Origin: Chrysomallon squamiferum
Lineage: Eukaryota; Animalia; Mollusca
Direction: 5' to 3'
DNA length: 64,000 nt
Assembly (NCBI GenBank): GCA_012295275.1
Contig: CM022668.1
Span: 6,324,001 to 6,388,000, forward strand
Under the pieces are notes generated by a model, which did no database searches, had not been told where the DNA came from, and worked only from the letters and a program-made list of their open reading frames with translations. Made by a program: the position numbers and the translations under genes. Shown here piece by piece: positions 15,001 to 24,700 of the stretch (position 1 is its first letter; the number at the start of each line of letters is the position of its first letter).

Positions 15001-15750
15001 ATCTCTCTCTACTGTTTTTGTTATATTCTATGTGATAAGTTTTGTGATTTTATGACATCTTGTTCGTCTCAGTATTTCAATATGTGGCAGGACTTCTCCG
15101 GTAATATTTTAACATCTTGTTCATCTGAGTATTTCAATCTGTGGGAGGACTTATCTAGTAACATTTTAACATCTTGTCCATCTCGTTACTTCAATCTGTG
15201 GTAGGACTTCTCTGATAATATTTTAATATCTTCTTCATCTCGGTATTTCAATCCTTGGGAGGACTTCTCTAGTAATATTTTAACATCTCGCTCTAGTCTT
15301 TTTTGTGACCTTTTTTTGAGATATTTTGTGTTTTTATGATAGCTTGTTTATCTCAGTATTTCAATCTCTTGATTTCTCTGTTAATATTTTAATATCTCTC
15401 TCTACTGTTTTTTGTGATTTCCTATGTGATATATTTTTTGATTTTATGACATCTTGTTCATCTCGGTATTTCAATCTGTGGGAGGACTTCTCTGGAAATA
15501 TTTTAACATCTTGTTCATCTCAGTATTTGAATCTGTGGATGGACTTCTCTGGTGATCTATCTAAAATCTGTCTGTCTCTTTCGTTCAGTTCTGTAGATGA
15601 TTTTTTTGATGCACTCATCAAATTATTGCTATTCTTAGCAGCATTCATTCTGATGAGGTTTTCTTTCTGTGTATCTATCTCCAATAAATGTTTCTCTCTG
15701 AGATCTTTTTTAAACATTTGCACTTTGCTATATAATTACAAAGAACTTCA
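1..15750 (-). pseudogene. Degenerate, expanded duplicate of the terminal exon of the upstream gene (head + repeats + SPK-rich tail)
   Basis: Head 15520-15723 (FKKDLREKHLLEIDTQKENLIRMNAAKNSNNL) matches the exon start (YKKDLEETHLLEMDIGERENFTRIHAVKNSNNL). Tail 1-420 (MSPKISHRRLRK) matches 15788-16200 (MSPKVSHRRPRK). Many in-frame TGA/TAA stops and indels lie between. Confidence 0.75.
480..15540. repeat. ~15-kb satellite of 57-bp units (about 260 by length) derived from the coding repeat, with nested higher-order duplications
   Basis: Consensus aacatcttgttcatctc(a/g)gtatttcaatctgtgggaggacttctctggtaatatttt recurs throughout, interleaved with a second 57-bp variant (ctctactcttttttgtgatttcctatgtgatatg...). 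Near-identical ORFs at 9414/13802 and 9997/14383 show a ~4.39-kb offset duplication. Confidence 0.97.
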
Positions 15751-16146
15751 ACATCTAAGCAGTATCTGTTTCTGTACTGACAGTTCTTTATTTATGTCTC
15801 TTTGATCGATGTTTTCTGTGTTTCTTTCTACTGTGTACAAATTCAGGTGACATTCTTAGTATTTCATCTTCTCTTTTTCTTAAGCTGCTGAGTGATATTT
15901 TGGGCGATATTTTAAAAATGCATTCTTCTGCCTTTGTTGAGCTGCATGATAATATGGGTGATAGTATAGTAAATCTTTCTGATCTCTTTTTTGATCTTTT
16001 ATGCAACTTTTTGGGAGACTTTCTAACGTCTTGCACTTCTTTCTTTCTTAATTTTCCAATTGATATCTCAGGTGACATAATAATTCCTTTTTCTCTCATT
16101 AGTGATTTTCTTGGTCTTCTATGTGATACTTTAGGTGACATGTGAA

Positions 16147-17574
16147 CTATTCTCTCTTCTTTTGTTCTGATTCTTCCATGTGGTATTTTTGGTGACTTGT
16201 CTTGTAACTTTTATCATCTTGTTCATCTTGGTATTTCAATCTGTGGGAGGACTTCTCTGGTAATATTTTAACATCTCGATCTATTCGTTTTTGTGATCTT
16301 CTATGTGACATATCTTGTGATATTTTATCACCTTGTTCTTCTTGATGTTTCAGTCTGTGGGAGGACTTCTCCGGTAATATTTTAACATCTTGCTCCAATC
16401 TTTTTTGTGATCTTGTATGTGACATATTTTGTGATATTTTATCATCTTGTTCTTCTTGGTGTTTCAATCTGTGGGAGGACTTCTCTGGTAATATTTTAAC
16501 ATCTTGCTCCAATCTTTTTTGTGATCTTGTATGTGACATATTTTGTGATATTTTATCATCTTGTTCTTCTTGGTGTTTCAATCTGTGGGAGGACTTCTCT
16601 GGTAATATTTTAACATCTTGTTCATCACGGTATTTCAATCTGTGGGAGGACTTCTCTACTAATATTTTATCATCTTGTTCATCTCGGTATTTCAATCTGT
16701 GGGAGGACTTCTCTGGTAATATTTTAACATCTTGTTCATCTCGGTATTTCAATCTGTGGGAGGACTTCTCTGGTAATATTTTAACATCTTGTTCATATCT
16801 GTATTTAAATCTGTGGGAGGACTTCTCTGGTAATATTTTAACATCTTGTTCATCTCGGTATTTCAATCTGTGGGAGGACTTCTCTGGTAATACTTTAACA
16901 TCTTGTTCATCTCTGTATTTAAATCTGTGGGAGGACTTCTCTGGTAATATTTTAACATCTTGTTCATCTCGGTATTTCAATCTGTGGGAGGACTTCTCTG
17001 GTAATATTTTAACATCTTGTTCATCTCGGTATTTCAATCTGTGGGAGGACTTCTCTGGTAATATTTTAACATCTTGTTCATCTCGATATTTCAATCTGTG
17101 GGAGGACTTCTCTGGTAATACTTTAACATCTTGTTCATCACAGTATTTCAATCTGTGGGAGGACTTCTCTGGTAATATTTTAACCTCTTGTTCATCTCGG
17201 TATTTCAATCTGTGGGAGGACTTCTCTGGTAATATTTTAACATCTTGCTCTACTCTTTTTCGTGATTTTCTATGTGACGTGTTTTGTGATTTTTTGATAA
17301 CTTTTTCTTCTTGGTGTTTCACTCTGTGGATTTTTTTGTGTGATCTTTCTGAAATTTGTCTTTCTCTTTTGTTCTGTTCTGAAGATGATCTTTTTGAAAC
17401 ACGTATCAAATTATTGCTGTTCTTAACAGCATGAATTCTGGTGAAGTTTTCTCGCTCTCCTATGTCCATCTCCAATAAATGTGTCTCTTCTAGATCCTTT
17501 TTATATAATTTCCGAATAATCTTAATCAAATTATCATCGTCTGGGCACTGGTTTAAAACTTCATTTACCATGAC
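16147..17574 (-). CDS. Terminal exon of the membrane-protein gene, carrying intact 19-aa repeats (DVKILPEKSSHRLKYRDEQ and variant DDKISQNMSHTRSQKRLEQ)
   Basis: 480-aa ORF in the track; acceptor tttcattcag|GTC at 17574; the 57-bp units have no stop on this strand. Confidence 0.8.
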   Translation of the reverse strand, partial: VMVNEVLNQCPDDDNLIKIIRKLYKKDLEETHLLEMDIGERENFTRIHAVKNSNNLIRVSKRSSSEQNKRERQISERSHKKIHRVKHQEEKVIKKSQNTSHRKSRKRVEQDVKILPEKSSHRLKYRDEQEVKILPEKSSHRLKYCDEQDVKVLPEKSSHRLKYRDEQDVKILPEKSSHRLKYRDEQDVKILPEKSSHRLKYRDEQDVKILPEKSSHRFKYRDEQDVKVLPEKSSHRLKYRDEQDVKILPEKSSHRFKYRYEQDVKILPEKSSHRLKYRDEQDVKILPEKSSHRLKYRDEQDDKILVEKSSHRLKYRDEQDVKILPEKSSHRLKHQEEQDDKISQNMSHTRSQKRLEQDVKILPEKSSHRLKHQEEQDDKISQNMSHTRSQKRLEQDVKILPEKSSHRLKHQEEQGDKISQDMSHRRSQKRIDRDVKILPEKSSHRLKYQDEQDDKSYKTSHQKYHMEESEQKKRE

Positions 17575-18999
17575 CTGAATGAAATACATTTTTTATCAAC
17601 AGTTTAAAAATATTTTACAAGTAATTCAGTTTTCTGATTAATTAATAGGAAAATAGATATTATTCACATATTATAACATAGAAGCAATTTCTTCGACTAC
17701 CTTTTGTGAGAAGAATTCCTGTTAGCTTTTCTGAGATGGAATAAAACATTTTTATATTGATAAACTGTAATTTCTGCATAAAATATTAGTTTCTTTTATT
17801 TCTCCATGTTTCTGTCTATAGCAGCAGGAATAAAAAGAGATAACAGGTAAAAAACAGTAATTTTAAATGTTACTTACTTCATATGGTACTTTTGATAAAT
17901 CCAGTGTAAGATCCTTAAATGGAGAGACCTGAAAAATAAACAGAATAATGCTTTACCAAAGAGCCATATAATTTATTTTATATAAGTTCTGGTTTTGAAC
18001 ACCATAAGTATAAAATAGGAAATGAAGAATTATAATGCTGCTATGATAAGAAAAATTATGTTTCAACAAGGAATAACAGACACTGTCTGCAGGGTCATTC
18101 TGGTTGTATGGTTTGACATCAGAAGGCTACAGAAATATTAAAAATAAAACTGATTAAGTAATTGTTTAACATATGCTGTTTGACTGCTACATTTTTATTT
18201 AAGGAATGTCTTTTTGATAATGATAATAACAATAACAACAAAAACAATAATAATAATAATAATAATGATCATAATAACAATAATAACAACAACAAGAATA
18301 ATAATAATAGTGATAATAATGATGATGATGATGATGATGATAAGAAGAAAAAGAAGAAAAAATAATAATAGCAATAATAACAACAATAACAGTATATCAA
18401 ATTCTAATTTAGACATGACAAGATTGTTTGGTCAGAAGTGATTCAACACACAGCCTTAAAACTCTGTCCCACTGCATTTATTTTATACATGTCACTGTCT
18501 TAAGATATTTAAACAATTAATGCTCACCGCTTCAACAATTTCTGATCTTTCGACAGGATCTTTGAGTTCCTTTTCTGGCAATGTATCATGGATCTTAACA
18601 TCATCATTTTCACAGATTTGTTCTGGCTTTGTATCATTTGGCATAATGTTTTTCTCTTGTAACTCCTGTTTGAATGTTTGTACATCATCATATAATTTGT
18701 GAATACTTATAATCAAAGGATCATCGCTTGGTAAGCGGTTCAAAACTTCATTTACCATGGACTGAAATAAATATATTTTTTATCAATGTATTCTATTGGT
18801 TTCTTATAAATTTATTTGTTTCTGTTAAACACACTGGAATACAAACAGATAAAAATAAACACACTAATTTGAAATGTTACTTACTTCATATTGTAACTGG
18901 GATGAATCCAAAGTATCATCTTTCCTTTGAGACACCTGAAAAATAAAACAAAATAACTTTACCACATCTCAGCTAAGAATATTTTTAAGTGTATGCATG

Positions 19000-19034
<35 letters not shown>

Positions 19035-20245
19035 CTCCATATGTCTGTGCTTACACAAAGAATAGAAAGAGAAGCAAAATTTTATCTATTATGACTGATG
19101 AATTATAATCTTAACCTTAACTCTATCATAAAATTAGAGTCTGTTATTTTCATTATTTTAACCTTTTATTAATTTTTATCAAGATCTGAAATGTATCATT
19201 TGTGGATTTTTAAAAAAGTTAAATTCATACACACTCAACTAGAATAGCAAAAATAGAAAAATTAATGAACTGAAGAATCATAACATACTGATAGATTATA
19301 CAACAATTATGTTAAACATAGTAAAATAATATGGTTACTCACCTCTGTCTCAGACACATTCACATCTTCATTGTTAATGATATCCAAGTTCTTGCCAGGA
19401 TCTTTGTGCTGATCATCTGTTTTGCTATCATGCTGATTCAGAAAAGGTACATTTTTCAGATTAATTATCCTCTCCTTCCTCCTTCTTCCTAGAGCTGAGG
19501 TATTTTTGTTATAAATATGCTGGAGAAATCTTCTGGGAGAGAACCATTTTATCCAATTTTCTTTTTCCTGGTAGAGAACAAAATTGAAAAATTGCAGTTA
19601 TGTTAATTCTAATTAAATCTGAAAGAAATCAGTCCATATAGTATAAAAAAGAAAATATTTAATTTAGAAATTTCCTGGCAATAATATATTAAGAAAGTAT
19701 TTTAATTTCAAATAATTTTAATTTACAGATTCTTTTAATTCTATGACAGCAATATGCAGAAAGTAAAATTAAGAATAAATGCATTTTTCTGTATTCACCT
19801 CCAACTTGTGTTTAATTTGTTCTATATTTATAATAAAAAATCAGTGTTAATAAATCTCACAAAAATTCATTTACCACAGTGTGAAAGAATTATTTTGTTA
19901 ATAAATCAGAAAGTACTGTAGTTACACAGTATTATCACTGATTTTTGTTATATCACAGTTACAATTTTTTTTGTTTTCAACTTCATTCCATAACTGTTAA
20001 TTTTCTGAGATAGAATGAAATAAAATATGCTACACAGAGGTTTCTACCTTAAATGTTAGTGTCTTGTATTTTTTTATTTGTTCCAGTCTATACCAGTTGG
20101 AATACAAACAGATGAAAAATAAATACACTAATTTTAAATGTTACTTACTTCATCTGGCTTTGATGACAAATCCAGTTGAAAATCTTCAAAAAGCTGAAAA
20201 ATGAAACAAGATCTCAATGAAGATAATTTTAAGTATATACATTAA

Positions 20246-20292
<47 letters not shown>

Positions 20293-21735
20293 ACTATAAT
20301 ATATAAACTATAATGCTTCATAAATCAAAAAAATATTTTTAATAAAATAGTCAACCATATTACTTGCAAAGACTAATTGTTGCTAAACATAATTATAATG
20401 GTTCTTGAGCAAAACTTACTGTAATTTGCAGACTATATTAATATTTAAATTCATAATCAGATGAAAATATTAGTAGTAATAATAACAAATCAGGAAAATT
20501 TAATGCAAAGTAAACTATACAGATGGGAAAAAATTAGAAGCAAGAAACAACCTGTGACAATGGAAATGAGATGTTAATATTAAGATATTTATTTGTCAAA
20601 AAGTAATTCATAAATATTTTAAACTCATAGAATAAAAGAAGTGAGTGAATTTTAAACTGCTCCAGCTGATTTATATTTACATGGGACTAATAACTTTATT
20701 TTAAACACTAACAAATAAAACTGTCATATTATTGACCGTCGATTTCATAGACCTTGCTTTTCCAAATCTGAAAAAATCACAACTTGACCCCATTTTCCAC
20801 TGGAAACCTTATTTAAAGCTACTATTATGTTATTTTGAGTACCACTATACAGTCACAGCAACCATTTTCAACCCATTTTCCATCAAGGTAAGAGAAAATT
20901 TGACAACAGCCCCATAACTATTCTAACCTAACAAACTTCAGCCAGTCTAGCCTACATTTTTGTACTGTACATTTTTCTTTATATATACTGTCCGCATGAA
21001 ATTTCTAGACTTTTGCAATAATTGGACTGGTGCTACCCCCTATTAGCCCATGAAATTAAAGGTCAACGGTATATAAACTATTTCAAAACAGATAGATATC
21101 AGTGATAAAATTATATCATTACTTACATTGATAACAACTGCTTCTAATGGATGAGACCTCTGCAAAAATTAAAGAATCACAACAAATAATCAAAAATCTT
21201 TCACCACCTTATTAATTTACAAATGTAAGAAAGTCTTCCCTCTAAAAAAGTTTCATTTTTATTGTATTAAATGGAAATATTTTCTGAAATGTGTTAATTT
21301 ATAATTTGAATTAAAACACAGTGAACAAATCATACCTTATGGTGAAAGTCAAGAAGAACAAATTTACATATGAATCGGTTTTTTTTCACCCATTATGTTA
21401 CAAACTATATAGATGCAGTAAGATATTTTTTTCAAAATGTTATAAAAATAAAAACAGCAGCAAAGTTATTTATAATCAGTGAATAATTAAAACAAGCTGG
21501 AAAGATAAAAATAATTTAAACAGTTAATAATAATTACTCACCCCTCTTTCTAGATCATTCCTGTCATGTGCAGTTGGATGAGAAGTCTGTGGAAATATTC
21601 AAAACAAAAAATTAAAATAATTGTTTAATGTACTCTATTTGACCACTATATTTATGTTAAGGAAATATCATTCTTTTATGTATGATATATTAACAACAAC
21701 AACAACAATAATAATAATAGTTATAGTAGTGGTAG

Positions 21736-21775
<40 letters not shown>

Positions 21776-24700
21776 TGTAATAGTAATAGTAATAGTAGAA
21801 GTAGTAGTAATAATAATAATAAAAATTACATTATATCAAATCCCTATTTAAACATGATAAAGTTGATTGGTCTCTGTGACGGACACACCTGCTGACCTCT
21901 CAGAAAGCGTGCCTGTCGTAGACGTGCTTCACAACAGCTTGCTCTGATTAGCACATTAATTTTTTTCAGTTTCAGATTGGTCTCAGTGTACAAGGGATTT
22001 AACAAACAGCTTAAAACATTTCACCTTCTGCATCTATTTTAAGCATATGAAAATTTTAATAATGCAAAATTTATGTTAAACAGCAAATAATAGTTACTCA
22101 CCTCTGTCTCAGACTCACTCTGATCATTTAACAAAAGAGGTACTGCCTACAGAAACATCACAAATAAAACATATCAGCTGGTGTACTTGACTATATTTTT
22201 ATTAAAATAAATATAATAATAATAAGAAGAATAGTAATAGCACTTAGTCATAATAATAATAATAATAATAATAATAGCATTAACAACAATGAAACTGACT
22301 GGTCTCTAAGCAGAATGGATTCAAAAAATAGTCTCAAGTATCTAATCTCCTCCATTTACTTTATACACATGAACATCTCAATAAGGCCAAATTAAAAATT
22401 CTCACTCACTTCTTCACTGTTAAGTATTTCCCTCTTTTTGCCTGGATCTTTCGGCCGCCTGTTTGATTTATTATCATTCTTACTCAGAAATTGTTCTATG
22501 CCTTCTTCTAAGTCAGTCATTCTTTTCTTCTTCTTTCTTCTTAGAGCTGAGGTATTTCTATTATAGAGATGCTTGAAAAACTTTTTTGGAGAAAAACTTT
22601 TATCGGTCTTCTTTATCACCAGCTAGAGAATAAAATTAAGAAAAACTGCTATAAGTTAATTGTTATCAAATGTGATAGAAATCAGTCCATATTATTTAAA
22701 AAAAGAGAAAGGACTTTTTATTTTTCATTTTAATATTTATTTAAATTTATTTAATTTTTGAAAGTTTCTGACAATTACACATTCAGAAAGTTTTTAAATT
22801 TCAAATACTTTTTGGTAACAAATCTTTCACTCTCTCATTTCTTGTTTTTATTTTTCATTCTTAATACATCAGTACATATACATTAAATTAACTAGATTAT
22901 TAACTGTATTGCTGGCTTAAAAAATAAAAATGTTTTTAGGGCAGTCTAGCACCCACTAACAATTAATATTTTCAAATAAACATGTTTTATGTAAAATTTT
23001 ATCCACAAAATAATGTAATTTTTACTTTTCATATTAATTTTGTCATAGGTATCTACTGTATTTATCTATATGTCTATCTAAGGAAAATTATTTATTTTAC
23101 GTCTATTTATTTACCTTCCAGACTAAAATTATAATAATAACAAAAATCAGAACAAAATGGCAAGCGACAATTATTATCATAAGCATCTGCAATAGGTCTT
23201 TATCTTCTTCCTGAAAATAAAGGTTATGATCAGCTTTAGACTTATTTTAATGATTTAAGATACATTTAGAGTGAGTTATAAGTTTATTAAGGGTCAGGTT
23301 AAGTAAAATTAAATAATCCCTTTCATTAAATGAAATGACTAAGCATTTCCATGTTGACACTTTACTTCTTTGTCAATTTATTTTTATAAATTTTGTCATT
23401 AGTTTGTAATTATTAATTTCAAATTCCATGTTCTTGTGCATATGAGCTTACTAACTCAAGGTAGAAAATGAAATGAAAAAATTAAACTTTAACTACATTA
23501 AAATAACAACTAATTGTAGTATAACATGTGATAAAGAGTGCAGGACACCAAAATATCCATCTTCAATACATCTGCATTTCCTCCTCATAGGTGTAAGTAA
23601 GCTGAAAATTAAATAATCAATAAAAGAAAATGTCATATGTGAAAAACATACACAGACCAAAAATCCAACTGAAAGGAACAATTTTGATACCCAATGGAGA
23701 AGCACTTATTATTTTAAGCTTCTCCAGCTTCTATACTTGTCTACTGTCTTCTGTGTGCTAATGAATTCCTTGAAAACTGAAACAACCATGACTGTTTATG
23801 GTAAATGATGCATTCAGTTTCTCAACCACCTTTATCAGGGTTAACTTGGCCATTTGTAAATGTTATTATTTGGTAGCATGACACATATTTTATAGTCATA
23901 AACCCACATAATTCCAGAATATCACTTTTTTTTTAACTTGGTTTCATTCCATTTACTCTGACCTTCTGCAGTAATGAAGCTTGTAGCATTGTTCAATAAA
24001 TGCTTTCTACATCAAACAGAATTCAATACAAGCATTTCACAGCACCACCAAGGCAATTAACAAGGTGGAAAAAACTTCCAAGATGAGAAAGTGATCATTT
24101 TCCTCTGAGGTGAGAAGCAACTATACAGACCGTTGCTTAACTGCTTCAGGCAGTTCACTGAATTCTTTGAGTGACTTCGTTAAAATTTTATGACATGCAT
24201 TATTTACCCTATATTTAACAGTACACAGTAAATGCATTACCATTATTCAAAGTCTACAAAACATAGCCACTTAGGAAAGTATAATGCTGACATGTCTTCA
24301 TAGGGTATGAAAATTTGGAGATGATCTTTATTTTTTTTCCTCATTTTTTTTTTCTTGAATTGCTATATCACCAGGGATTTCTTTCAAAAAACTATATAAA
24401 GCAACTTTTTTGTGACAAGCATTATACCATCAAGACAACAAATGTTTATGACTAAATCATGATTTAAGAACAAGCTGTCATGATATACAGATAATAGCTA
24501 AACGAAGATTCTTGAAATAAATAGGGCTGTGAGAGGTGTTTACTGGTATTCATTAAAAGTAAATATATCCCTTCTTTACACATGATTTTGAATTAATTTA
24601 CATCTGTCTATCTATTTATATGTCTATCTAGAACAACAATAATAATAAACAAATAATATATTCTTTTCTTTTTGAATTAAAAGGTAGAAAAAATGATAAA

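Noticed and set aside
480-15540. Recurrent in-frame TGA as selenocysteine, readthrough or A-to-I recoding of a giant protein
   Set aside because: The array also has TAA stops and frame-breaking indels, and the complementary CAA variant occurs; CpG deamination explains the pattern more simply.
642-15805. Many plus-strand ORFs of type ILTSCSSQYFNLWEDFSGN
   Set aside because: Antisense translation of the 57-bp repeat; no splice structure, and the intact parent frame is on the minus strand.
480-17300. CRISPR-like array
   Set aside because: Units are contiguous with no unique spacers, no cas genes, and the context is eukaryotic.
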